The notes under the pieces: generated by a model | Told to the model about the DNA's origin: nothing | The model's input: the letters and a program-made list of their open reading frames with translations, nothing else | Databases searched by the model: none | Assembly (NCBI GenBank): GCA_039028615.1 | Contig: JBCCHT010000034.1 | Coordinates: 80,944-144,943 of the forward strand | Reading direction: 5' to 3' | DNA: 64,000 bases | Source of the DNA: Myxococcota bacterium | Lineage (GTDB): Bacteria; Myxococcota_A; Polyangia; Nannocystales; Nannocystaceae | In this document: positions 18,501 through 26,633 of the stretch, piece by piece | How positions within the stretch are numbered: position 1 is the first letter of the stretch | How the letters are laid out: each line of letters begins with the position of its first letter | Made by a program: the position numbers and the translations under genes

Positions 18501-21429
18501 CAAGTACGCCGCCGATCGCTACCAAGAAGGCTACGAGCGCGGCGTCCACGATCACGACGGCGCACGCATCCTCGAGAAGCTCATGGGGCTGTACTCGTCG
18601 GCGGGGCTGCTTCGCTTCGCCCCCAGCGCGCGGGCCCTCGCCTGCCTGTACTGGGCGGTGCGCACCGACGAGCGCAAGGTCGCCTGGCATCGCCGCGCGC
18701 AGAGCCTCAGCCGCCTGCGTCGGGCCTTCCGCGCGGGCAAGGTCGGTGAGCGCCTGGTCGGCGAGCTGAACGAGGCCGTCGCCGAGTTCGTCGTCGATGC
18801 CAAGCTCGACTTCGCCGCCGATCTCTCCGACGCCGCCGCCCGCTACCTCGTGGAGGAGCTGGCCGCCGCGCGCCCGCAGTTCACCACCAGCAACGAGGCC
18901 CAGCAGCTCCGCGACGGCATGATCCGCTACCTCGACGCCGAGTCGATGCGCCACGAGTTCGAGGACGATCTCGCCGCCCTCGACGAGGACGTCGGCGCAC
19001 GGGTCTCGCTGGCTCGGGTCTGGCTCGAGGGGTTCATCGCCACCACCGACGACGACGCGCTGTCCGCCCTGAGCCACGCCGTGCCCGAAGCCGCGGTCCT
19101 CTTGTGCACCGAGCGCGCCCTCGACCGCGAGAGCAACTCCGCGCTCACCTCGGTCAACGTCGAGGGTCTGCTCGGCCAGCACGCCCTCATCACCGATCAG
19201 GTCCTGCCGCTACGCCTCGACGAGTTCATCGAGCGCCTCGGCGAGTTCGCCCGCAACCGCGTCCCCGGCTACCTCGACTATCGCGAGCAACGCCAGGCCC
19301 TGCTCGACCGCGAGCGCGAGCGCCTGCGCCTGTCCGAGTTCGTCCCCCGCGTGCTCAGCTCCTTCGTCCGCAACAAGCTGATCAACGAGGTCTACCTGCA
19401 CCTCATCGGGGACAACCTCGCCAAGCAGCTGGGTGCGGCGGGCGACGCCAAGCGCACCGACCTGATGGGCCTGCTGCTGCTCATCTCCCCGCCCGGCTAC
19501 GGCAAGACGACCCTCATGGAGTACGTCGCCAGCCGCCTGGGCCTGGTGTTCATGAAGGTCAACGGCCCCTCGCTGGGTCACGACGTGCACTCGCTCGATC
19601 CCTCCGAGGCCCCCAGCGCCACCGCGCGCCAGGAGGTCGAGAAGATCAACCTCGCCTTCGAGATGGGCAACAACGTGATGCTCTATCTCGACGACATCCA
19701 GCACACGCACCCCGAGCTGCTACAGAAGTTCATCTCCCTGTGCGACGCCCAGCGCCGCATCGAGGGCGTGTGGCGGGGCCGAACCCGCACCTACGACCTG
19801 CGCGGCAAGAAGTTCTGCGTGGTCATGGCCGGCAACCCCTACACGGAGAGCGGCGACAAGTTCCAGATCCCCGACATGCTGGCCAACCGCGCCGACACCT
19901 ACAACTTGGGTGACATCCTGGGCGGCAAGGAAGAGCAGTTCGCGCTCAGCTACATCGAGAACGCGATCACCTCCAACGCGGTGCTCGCCCCCTTGGCCAC
20001 GCGCGAGCAGAGCGACATCTACAAGCTCGTCCGCATGGCCCAGGGCGAGGAAATCCCGGGCACCGACCTCAGCCACGGCTACTCCGGGGTCGAGCTCAAC
20101 GAGATCAAGGCCGTGCTCCAGCGCCTGTTCCGGGTCCAAGAGGTGCTGCTGAAGGTCAACCTCGAGTACATCAAGTCCGCCTCGGCCGACGACAACTACC
20201 GCACCGAGCCGCCCTTCAAGCTCCAGGGTAGTTACCGCAACATGGCGAAGCTGGCCGAGAAGGTCGTCGCCGCCATGAACGAGGAGGAACTCGAGGCGCT
20301 GATCGAGGACCACTACATCGGCGAGTCCCAGACGCTGACCACCGGGGCCGAGCAAAACCTGCTCAAGCTGGCGGAGATGCGCGGGGCCATGACCGACGCG
20401 CAGCGCGAGCGCTGGGAGGCGATCAAGGCCGAGTTCAAGAAGCAGAAGATGCTCGGCGGCGCCGAGGAAGACCCGGTCGTGCGCATCACGGCGCAGCTCG
20501 GCTCGCTGGGCGACAAGCTCGAGGGCATCCAGGGCGCCATGAGCAACGACGAGTCGCTCGGTCGCCTGGGCAAGGAGCTGCATGGCATCGGCCAGGCGCT
20601 CGGCCAGGCGCAGGCGCTCGGCGGCGTGGTCGACAAGCTCGAAGGCATCGGGCAGGCGCTCGCCAAGACGGATGCGCTCGGGTCGGTCGCGACGCAGCTC
20701 GAGGGCATTCAAAAGGCCATGGGCACCATGAATGTGGGGGCCGACCTCGCGGGACGACTGGATGGTCTCACCCAGGCGGTACGGCAAGCGGCCACCGCTG
20801 CACCGCGAGCCCCCGTGGCGGCTCCGGTCGTGGCCCCGGCCGCTCCAGCCGCCCCCGTCCCCGCTGCTCCCGTCGCGGCCCCGGCCAATACCGACGCACT
20901 GACGCAGGTGCTCGGGGGCTACCTCCAGCGTCTCGAGCAGGCCATCGTCGCCCTGTCTCAGCCGCAGGTGAAGATCAGCGTGGAGCCGCCCTCGGGTGTC
21001 GAGGAGCTGCTCGCCCAGCAGATCGCGATCATCGAGCGCACGCTCGTGCCGCTGGTGCGCACCACCAACCAGCAGCTGGTCAACCCGACCAAGGTCGACG
21101 AGCGGGTGGTGGAGCTGCTGAACCTGCTGCGCAACGTCGATGAGCGCATGCGCCAGGGGTACTCGCCCCGGGCCACGCTCACGGGGAAGGGTGGCGGCGG
21201 CGGCTCCAAGGGCGGAGCGTCCGGGGGTGGCATGAGCCCCGCCGGAGGCTCGAAGATCACGCCGCCCAACGTGGGTGGTCAGGGTGCCCGCGGAGCGGCG
21301 CCCTACCCCGCCTCGCAGCCCACGATCACCGAATCGAGCCAGCAGCAGGCCGGCACGGCCGAGGCGGACGACGACGACGAACGCCAGCAATGGCGTCGCC
21401 CGCCGCAGTTCCGCCCGCCCTCCTCCTGA
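15586..21429 (+). CDS. Giant AAA+ ATPase (DUF3686, so-called DNA repair ATPase family) with beta-rich N-terminus and coiled coils
   Basis: N-terminal GGSYEVIRDRL, beta-rich region to ~aa 430, long coiled coil, Walker A ISPPGYGKTT, Walker B LYLDDIQH, VMAGN, MLANRAD; repeat and low-complexity C-terminal tail. Confidence 0.88.
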   Translation: MAEHSGNEAAEEQDSAAELEGGSYEVIRDRLVEQAKELGQRTEALNVRRQEVFGGTELSVIANERVRTENNCTPRDIVQVGGRLLFGYNVFLGLKTETSLSDVFSLHCFDPKDDGTVDLSAIPIEEGGPGLLADAGFNEHFLELYRFYKDARLVQLSRSETKLLAVWQIGGELTDVRVARWTLSPDDVATYVDNRGERDYEFPPQHDFEWTQLTREDQISGEYPHISIRDRVFVETTGGDLTVKVENNTATGKGIYSEPVEDEYQTLDDADFQFHEIGPLTLMRIQPYREEQYRYLVFCARTEEVVRIDSIGRACRSLPEDHGIMFAGGYFLQDGQYKVFDGDYSSFEFQRAVRSPNGEDVLYVFHDRTTGRYALFPYNLIRRDVGTPIQCSGYCLFPDGKMVVFRYESDEPTRVHPMQVWDTPFVSDEHAAAAPDAAGFLGKVGNAELVRGISDALSVRRFILDQRPSRQVYEDLISNCTRIIDAYYWLSDQEEVGDLQTVLTEIRDTAELVVDEFEKVVAIKKRATEAMAEAAKTQEALIRGLRPESWERVEDFMGGLTGLRTQRGHLITLREMRYIDLPQVQTLEDEVIESFDTLSAATVEFLLRDDALTPLTGSLEELLGKAAEIDKAHELVPVNEELEQVSEGLNVLSEVAANLQVDDPTARTRILEGISGVFAHLNRVRATIDNRRKSLMSAEGKAEFAAQFALLGQSVTSAIGMADTPEKCDEQLSRLMVQLEELEAKFSEFDEFIGEISSKREEIYEAFGNKKQQLLDERQRRVQNLVQAAERILQGVDRRAKSFKEADELNAYFASDAMVLKLRDLAERILDLGDSVKSDEVQSQIKSARQNALRGLRDRQDLFEDGADLIKFGRHRFSVNTQALELGILPHGDGMALSLSGTDFLEPITDEGFQATSPYWSQQIVSETKEVYRAEYLAASIVFDAEANRNGLSLESLKDADRAEGGLPELVRKYAADRYQEGYERGVHDHDGARILEKLMGLYSSAGLLRFAPSARALACLYWAVRTDERKVAWHRRAQSLSRLRRAFRAGKVGERLVGELNEAVAEFVVDAKLDFAADLSDAAARYLVEELAAARPQFTTSNEAQQLRDGMIRYLDAESMRHEFEDDLAALDEDVGARVSLARVWLEGFIATTDDDALSALSHAVPEAAVLLCTERALDRESNSALTSVNVEGLLGQHALITDQVLPLRLDEFIERLGEFARNRVPGYLDYREQRQALLDRERERLRLSEFVPRVLSSFVRNKLINEVYLHLIGDNLAKQLGAAGDAKRTDLMGLLLLISPPGYGKTTLMEYVASRLGLVFMKVNGPSLGHDVHSLDPSEAPSATARQEVEKINLAFEMGNNVMLYLDDIQHTHPELLQKFISLCDAQRRIEGVWRGRTRTYDLRGKKFCVVMAGNPYTESGDKFQIPDMLANRADTYNLGDILGGKEEQFALSYIENAITSNAVLAPLATREQSDIYKLVRMAQGEEIPGTDLSHGYSGVELNEIKAVLQRLFRVQEVLLKVNLEYIKSASADDNYRTEPPFKLQGSYRNMAKLAEKVVAAMNEEELEALIEDHYIGESQTLTTGAEQNLLKLAEMRGAMTDAQRERWEAIKAEFKKQKMLGGAEEDPVVRITAQLGSLGDKLEGIQGAMSNDESLGRLGKELHGIGQALGQAQALGGVVDKLEGIGQALAKTDALGSVATQLEGIQKAMGTMNVGADLAGRLDGLTQAVRQAATAAPRAPVAAPVVAPAAPAAPVPAAPVAAPANTDALTQVLGGYLQRLEQAIVALSQPQVKISVEPPSGVEELLAQQIAIIERTLVPLVRTTNQQLVNPTKVDERVVELLNLLRNVDERMRQGYSPRATLTGKGGGGGSKGGASGGGMSPAGGSKITPPNVGGQGARGAAPYPASQPTITESSQQQAGTAEADDDDERQQWRRPPQFRPPSS
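20497..20781 (+). repeat. Four to five 60-nt (20-aa) amphipathic repeats in the ATPase C-terminus
   Basis: LGSLGDKLEGIQGAMSNDES / LGRLGKELHGIGQALGQAQA / LGGVVDKLEGIGQALAKTDA / LGSVATQLEGIQKAMGTMNV / GADLAGRLDGLTQAV. Confidence 0.8.
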
Positions 21430-21453
21430 CGGCTGCGTCCGCGAGGGCCCGGG

Positions 21454-21921
21454 CTACTCGGGGCTGTCGATCAGCCCCGGATGGTCGGCAGGGCGCGGTC
21501 CGCTGGTGTCCCAGTGAAAGCGACGCTCGTCCTCGCGGATGGGCCGATCGTTGATGCTCGCCTCACGCCGACGCATGAGCCCCTCGTCGTCGAACTCCCA
21601 CAGCTCGTTGCCGTGGGCCCGGTACCACTGCCCCGCGTCGTCGCGCCACTCGTACTGAAAGCGCACCGCGATGCGACGCTCGTCGTGGCACCACATCTCC
21701 TTGACCAGGCGGTACTCGAGCTCCTTGTCCCACTTGCGCCGCAAGAACGCCCGCACCTGCTCGCGGCCGCGGAAGATCTCGGCTCGGTTACGCCAGTGGC
21801 TGTCCTCGGAGTAGGCCATGGCCACGCGGTCGGGGTCGCGGCTATTCCAGGCGTCTTCGGCCATGCGCACCTTGGCGACGGCCGCCTCACGAGTGAAGGG
21901 GGGAACGATGGGGCTGGGCAT
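21454..21921 (-). CDS. DUF1348 / NTF2-like (SnoaL-fold) protein
   Basis: [40 protein letters not shown]...[10 protein letters not shown]...[22 protein letters not shown]. Confidence 0.9.
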   Translation of the reverse strand: MPSPIVPPFTREAAVAKVRMAEDAWNSRDPDRVAMAYSEDSHWRNRAEIFRGREQVRAFLRRKWDKELEYRLVKEMWCHDERRIAVRFQYEWRDDAGQWYRAHGNELWEFDDEGLMRRREASINDRPIREDERRFHWDTSGPRPADHPGLIDSPE

Positions 21922-22046
21922 GAGCGAGTTCCGAAGCCGACAACGGACGAGCCGAGGGCTCTGTTACCGAGCGCTCGCCCACGAACTCGAGACCGGTGGG
22001 GTGGCTCCTGCCGCGCCGGGTCGAGGCAGTGCCGTTTTCTCCCCGC

Positions 22047-22613
22047 TCACGAGGCGCTGCTGCGGCGGACGGCCTCGCGCTCGAGGTCGGCGGCGAAGGC
22101 CTCGAAGGAAGGGCGAAAGTCGGGCAGCTTGCCTTCGATCATGCCCATCATCGATCCGGTGAGGACCTCGGCCATGGTCACGTCGGTCGTGCCGTCCTCC
22201 CGGGGCGTCAGCGTGAAGGTGCGGACCCCCTTGAAGGCACGGCCGCCGTCCTCCCAGACCATCTTCGTGTGTGCGTCGAAGGTGCTGACGGTGAGGCCGA
22301 AGGTTCGCTCGGGATCGACGGTGGACTTCAGCTCGATGCGCTCGCCCGCGGCGATGGTGCCCTCGAGTGAAGTGACGGTGGAGTTCCACTGCGGGTAGGC
22401 GGGCGCATCGGTCAGCACCGCCCACACCACCTCGGGACTCGCGGGCACGTGCACCCCGACGCGGTACTCGAGATAGCGCTTGCCCTCGAGACGAGCGGCC
22501 TGACCGTCGACCTCGATCGGAGCGCTCACCTCGGCCGGAGGCGTCGACGCGCACGCGCTGAGCGCGGCGGTGAGAAGCATCGAAAGACCTCGGATAGCGG
22601 TGGAAGCGTTCAC
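22047..22613 (-). CDS. SRPBCC/START-domain lipoprotein
   Basis: Lipobox LSAC; ASPEVVWAVLTDAPAYPQWN; GVRTFTL...MAEVLTG. Confidence 0.8.
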   Translation of the reverse strand: MNASTAIRGLSMLLTAALSACASTPPAEVSAPIEVDGQAARLEGKRYLEYRVGVHVPASPEVVWAVLTDAPAYPQWNSTVTSLEGTIAAGERIELKSTVDPERTFGLTVSTFDAHTKMVWEDGGRAFKGVRTFTLTPREDGTTDVTMAEVLTGSMMGMIEGKLPDFRPSFEAFAADLEREAVRRSSAS

Positions 22614-22617
22614 GAGA

Positions 22618-22690
22618 TTGGTCTACGATTATTATCAATTAGTGACCAGAGTGCTCTTCGACAACTCTTTATTATCGAAACGGCAACAAT
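22618..22690. promoter_or_regulatory. AT-rich divergent promoter region with probable LysR-type binding sites
   Basis: Conspicuously AT-rich; ATTATC occurs twice; imperfect dyad ATTATCGAAACGGCAACAAT overlaps the LysR start. Confidence 0.55.
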
Positions 22691-23612
22691 GAAGATCGAC
22701 CTCAACGATCTGGTGGTGTTCACGGAGGTGGTCAGCTGCGGGAGCTTCACCGCCGCGGGCAAGAAGCTGAACCTGCCGCCGTCCGCCGTCAGCCGTCGGG
22801 TGTCGCGGCTCGAGACCACCCTGGGCTTTCGCCTGCTCAACCGCACCACCCGGAGCGTGGGGCTGACCGACACCGGGCGCATCTACTACGAGCGAACGGC
22901 CCGCATCGCCTACGACGTCGAAGATGCGCAGCGAGCCGTGCAGGAGTTTCGCTCGACCCCGGCCGGGCTCCTGCGGGTCACCGCGCCGCCCGACGACGGC
23001 GGCGTGGTCTGGGCGATGTTCTCCGGCTTCGTTCGCGATCACCCCGAGGTCGACCTCGAGCTGCACCACACGCTGGACAAGGTGGACCTCATCGAGCAGG
23101 GCATCGACGTTGCGCTGCGGGGAGGAGCGCCGCCCGACTCGACTCAGCTGCGCGCGGTCAAGCTGGTGGACTCTCGCTTCGTGCTGGTGGCGAGCCCCGA
23201 GTACCTCGAGCGCAAGGGCACGCCGCAGCGCCCCGAGGATCTCGCGCGCCACGATTGCATCGCCATGGACAACTGGGTGCCCAATGCCATCCGGGCCTTG
23301 CATGGCCCCGACGGCCCGGTGCGGGTGGACTTTCGCAATCGCATCCGCAGCAACCGCCAAGAGACCGCCCGCAAGGCCGCCGTCGATGGCTTCGGCATCG
23401 CGCCGATGGTCGCGTTCACCTGCTGGCGAGAGCTCCGCTCGGGGGCGCTGGTCGAGGTGCTCCCCGGGGCGCTGCCCATGCCCGCGCCGATGTGGGCGGT
23501 CTACCCCGCCTCGCGCAGCAACACGGCGGCGACACGAGCATTGGTCGAGCACCTGCAGCGCATCGTGCCTACGCTGGCCGCCCCCGGGCCCCCGAAGAGC
23601 AAGGGCAAGTAG
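22689..23612 (+). CDS. LysR-family regulator (CrgA/DmlR-like)
   Basis: DLNDLVVFTEVVSCGSFTAAGKKLNLPPSAVSRRVSRLETTLGFRLLNRTTRSVGLT; VDLIEQGIDVALR. Confidence 0.95.
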   Translation: MKIDLNDLVVFTEVVSCGSFTAAGKKLNLPPSAVSRRVSRLETTLGFRLLNRTTRSVGLTDTGRIYYERTARIAYDVEDAQRAVQEFRSTPAGLLRVTAPPDDGGVVWAMFSGFVRDHPEVDLELHHTLDKVDLIEQGIDVALRGGAPPDSTQLRAVKLVDSRFVLVASPEYLERKGTPQRPEDLARHDCIAMDNWVPNAIRALHGPDGPVRVDFRNRIRSNRQETARKAAVDGFGIAPMVAFTCWRELRSGALVEVLPGALPMPAPMWAVYPASRSNTAATRALVEHLQRIVPTLAAPGPPKSKGK

Positions 23613-23618
23613 GCGTCG

Positions 23619-24269
23619 TCAGCCGGGGCCGATGTCGGGTTCGAGCGAGAGCGTCTTGGGCGTGCCTTCGTGGCGCAGCTTGCCCGAGCCATGGGCCTCG
23701 AGCTTCTCGGTCACCGGGCCCAGGATGAGCTTGCCGCCTTCCATCTGGACCATCGCGACGTCCGTCTTCAGGTGGGAGGCCTTCACGTCTCCGCGACCGT
23801 CGTAGTGCAGGGTGTCGAGCCGGCCATGGAGCTCCAGATCTCCCATCCACTCGAGCTCGACCCGCAGCTCGCCCCCTTGCAGATCGGAGATGGAGCCACC
23901 GCAGAGGCCATCGAGGTCGACGTCGCGAAGCTGCGGCAGGACGATCTCGACGCGCGGATCGATGGGGTTGGAGATCGAGCCGTTGGCCTCGACTCGCAGC
24001 GTGTCGCCGAACTTGGAGACGTTGACCATCGGCAGGATGTTGTCGTCGGCGATCGCGGTGACCGAGTACTCGGGCCCGATCTTCACGTGGACGTCGAAGA
24101 GCCCGTCACACTTGATGCGCTCGAACTCCTGGAAGTCGTACGACTTGCGCGCCTCGACCCCGCTGCCCTCGGTACCGAAACAACCCGCGCCCAACAGCGT
24201 GGCGGTAGTGAGGGCGCAAAGGGCCCATCGACGGCGGCGGGACGTGGCGAGACGCGGTTGATTCTCCAT
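23619..24269 (-). CDS. DUF2807 (GIN/adhesin head-like) lipoprotein
   Basis: Lipobox LGAGC; EGSGVEARKSYDFQEFERI; IADDNILP; GDVKA/GSGKL beta-helix-like repeats. ATG 24269 preferred. Confidence 0.8.
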   Translation of the reverse strand: MENQPRLATSRRRRWALCALTTATLLGAGCFGTEGSGVEARKSYDFQEFERIKCDGLFDVHVKIGPEYSVTAIADDNILPMVNVSKFGDTLRVEANGSISNPIDPRVEIVLPQLRDVDLDGLCGGSISDLQGGELRVELEWMGDLELHGRLDTLHYDGRGDVKASHLKTDVAMVQMEGGKLILGPVTEKLEAHGSGKLRHEGTPKTLSLEPDIGPG

Positions 24270-24374
24270 GGGGACGAGGCTCCTGCGGGACCGGACGGTC
24301 AGCGTACTGCGCGGTCGGCCACGGAACAACGCACCCCCGAGTTTCATTCTTCCCGCCGATGGAGCCAAGCCGCG

Positions 24375-25385
24375 TCAGAAACGCCCGGTGAGGCTCAAGC
24401 CCGTGAACTGCCGCGACACGCGGGGCGCGATGCTCACCTGCTGGGGGCTGAAGTACAGCCGCTCCTTGGCCGCGCGATCCTTGCGGTAGGCGACACCGTA
24501 GGCGAGCAAGCCCGCTCCGGCCGCGATGGCCATGCTGCCGAGCTGTTGCGAGCCGAAGTAGCTGGTGAAGCGACGGCGCACGCACTGGTCGCCTTCGCTG
24601 ACCGATTCGCAGGCGAAGCGGCTGCGGAGCGTGAGCCATAGCGCGACCTTGGTGACCACCCCCGCCGCGAGCAAGCCCCCACCGAGTCCGGACAGCATTG
24701 CGCCGTTGCGATCGGGTGCGCCCGCGAACATGTAGTTGGACGCATCGTAGCGGGCGCGAATACTGCCCGCCGTGGGTGCGAGCGCGTAGGTGCCGACGTT
24801 GGCCAACCACTGCAAGGCGGTGAGACCGAGCAGGCTGCCCGCGTTACGGATGCAGCTGGTGATCGAAGTCTGGGTCTGGGCGGTCGTCTCGTCGGAGACG
24901 GTGCAGGCTCGAGACACGATCACCATGCGGCCGACACCGGACGCGAAGGCAACCCCGCCGACCACGCCTGCGCTCACGATGAGGCCGATGCCCGTGTCCT
25001 CGGTGGGAGGTGGAGCCGCCGTCTTGACCGGGCCCGTGTTCAACATGGGCGGTGGCGGTGGAGTCTCCAGCACGGGCAGGATGGAGCCAGTGGGCGGCGG
25101 CGGAGTCTCCATGGTCGGCACCGAGCCGGCGGGAGGCGGAGGCGTCTCCATGGTCGGCACGGTGCCCGCCGCGGGGGCGGGCTCGGCCGGCGGCGCGGGT
25201 GTCTCGGGGGCGGGCTCGTCCCAGCTCGGATCGGGCGCGGGCTCGGTGGGAGCGGATGTGGGCGCAGGTGCCGGGGCGGGCGCAGGCGCAGGCGCGGGCG
25301 CGGGCGTTTCGACTTGGCCCATCCCGACCGAATACGGGCTCAGGGCCAGAGGAATCGTGAGAGCCACCAACGCAAACAAAGACAT
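24375..25385 (-). CDS. Hypothetical exported/membrane protein with Pro-rich repeat stalk
   Basis: Signal-like N-terminus, (PA)n and 3x (A/T)G(T/S)xPxxETPPPP, several hydrophobic helices, C-terminal GLSLTGRF. Confidence 0.7.
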   Translation of the reverse strand: MSLFALVALTIPLALSPYSVGMGQVETPAPAPAPAPAPAPAPTSAPTEPAPDPSWDEPAPETPAPPAEPAPAAGTVPTMETPPPPAGSVPTMETPPPPTGSILPVLETPPPPPMLNTGPVKTAAPPPTEDTGIGLIVSAGVVGGVAFASGVGRMVIVSRACTVSDETTAQTQTSITSCIRNAGSLLGLTALQWLANVGTYALAPTAGSIRARYDASNYMFAGAPDRNGAMLSGLGGGLLAAGVVTKVALWLTLRSRFACESVSEGDQCVRRRFTSYFGSQQLGSMAIAAGAGLLAYGVAYRKDRAAKERLYFSPQQVSIAPRVSRQFTGLSLTGRF

Positions 25386-25434
25386 CGACCCCTCAAGGGT
25401 GGAAGGCCGCGGCGGCGCTTTCAAGTGGATTGTC

Positions 25435-25454
25435 GGGCCACCCTGCGGTGGCCC
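25435..25454. other. Intergenic hairpin
   Basis: GGGCCACC-CTGC-GGTGGCCC, 12 nt after the stop at 25467. Confidence 0.45.
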
Positions 25455-25466
25455 TTCAAATGCGCG

Positions 25467-26543
25467 CTACTTGGCCGGGCTGAAGGAATCGCAGTCGAGG
25501 CTCGACGACACGACCCCGACCTCGGCCTTCCACTTGGAGCCAACTTCGGCCGCGTCCCACTTCGTGCGATCGACCGAGCACTCGTAGCTCTCGCCCTCGG
25601 CGTCCTTGAACAGCAAGGAGTAGTCCTCGTCGCGATCGCCCTCGCGATCGCAGCCTTTGCACTTGCCGGGCTTGCTCAGCTCGAACTCGGGCCACTTGGG
25701 CTCGGGGCTCTTGGAGTCACCCGAGGCTTTCTCGGTGCGCTTGGTCTCCCACGCGTCGACGTAGAAGTAGCACTTGTCCGCGTAGACCGGCTCCTCGCGG
25801 TACTTGGGCTTGCACTCCTTGACCTCCTTGAAGGTGCCGTCGCGGTTGTCCTTGCGCTTTTTTTTGCACTCTTGGCCGTCTTCGACCTTCTTGGTGGAGC
25901 GCTGTTCCTTCTTCTTGGTGACCTTGCGAGCGTCGCGGGGCTTCTCGTCGCACCAGGCCGAGCGCTTGACCTCGCCGAAGACCTCGATCTCCACGCTCCG
26001 CGCCCACTTGTGGCCCTGGACCTCGACCACCGCCTCGCGCTTCCAGAAGAACAACACGAAGATCAGCACCGCCAGCACCAGGGCGATGCCGCCGACGATG
26101 AGGCCGATCTTGAGGCCGCGGCTCATGCCCTCGGGCTCGGGTTTGGCCTGGGCTTGCTGCGATCGCGCGTCGCGGCGCGCTCGCACCTCGTCGCGGGCAT
26201 CTTTGGCCGACTCGCCCGCGAAGGCCTCGCCGTCGGCGACCTCTTGCCCGCTCCGCGCGGCGGCTGCCTTGGCGTCGGCCTCGAGCGGCGAGCCACACCC
26301 CACGCAGAACTGTGCGATCCCGGCGTTGGCGGTCTCGCACGCGGGGCAGACGATGTCGGCCCCGTGGTAGGCGTGATTCTCGACCGCGACCTTCTCGTCT
26401 TCGCTCGGATAGTAACGAGCCTCGGGATCCTGCGGTGCACCACAGGCGGGGCAGTGTCGGTGCGAAAGACCGAGCAGCTTGGGCGTACCGCAGCGGGTAC
26501 AGTCCCACATCATCTCGTAGGTACCGAGCTCCTGTTCTTGCAT
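25467..26543 (-). CDS. Double zinc-ribbon, single-TM hypothetical protein with Lys/Cys-rich external domain
   Basis: CTRC, CPAC, CPAC, CVGC; TM IGLIVGGIALVLAVLIFVLFFW. Confidence 0.8.
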   Translation of the reverse strand: MQEQELGTYEMMWDCTRCGTPKLLGLSHRHCPACGAPQDPEARYYPSEDEKVAVENHAYHGADIVCPACETANAGIAQFCVGCGSPLEADAKAAAARSGQEVADGEAFAGESAKDARDEVRARRDARSQQAQAKPEPEGMSRGLKIGLIVGGIALVLAVLIFVLFFWKREAVVEVQGHKWARSVEIEVFGEVKRSAWCDEKPRDARKVTKKKEQRSTKKVEDGQECKKKRKDNRDGTFKEVKECKPKYREEPVYADKCYFYVDAWETKRTEKASGDSKSPEPKWPEFELSKPGKCKGCDREGDRDEDYSLLFKDAEGESYECSVDRTKWDAAEVGSKWKAEVGVVSSSLDCDSFSPAK

Positions 26544-26633
26544 TCAGCGTTCCTCTTCGGGCAGACGAAGCGTATCAGCCTTCGGGCACCGATTCTGTAG
26601 GGCGAGCCAGGGCACGCAGGCCCTTCGGCCGCG

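Noticed and set aside
16083..18749. 888-aa alternative-frame ORF inside the AAA+ ATPase, and similar Arg/Pro-rich ORFs throughout
   Set aside because: Off-frame artefacts of GC bias.
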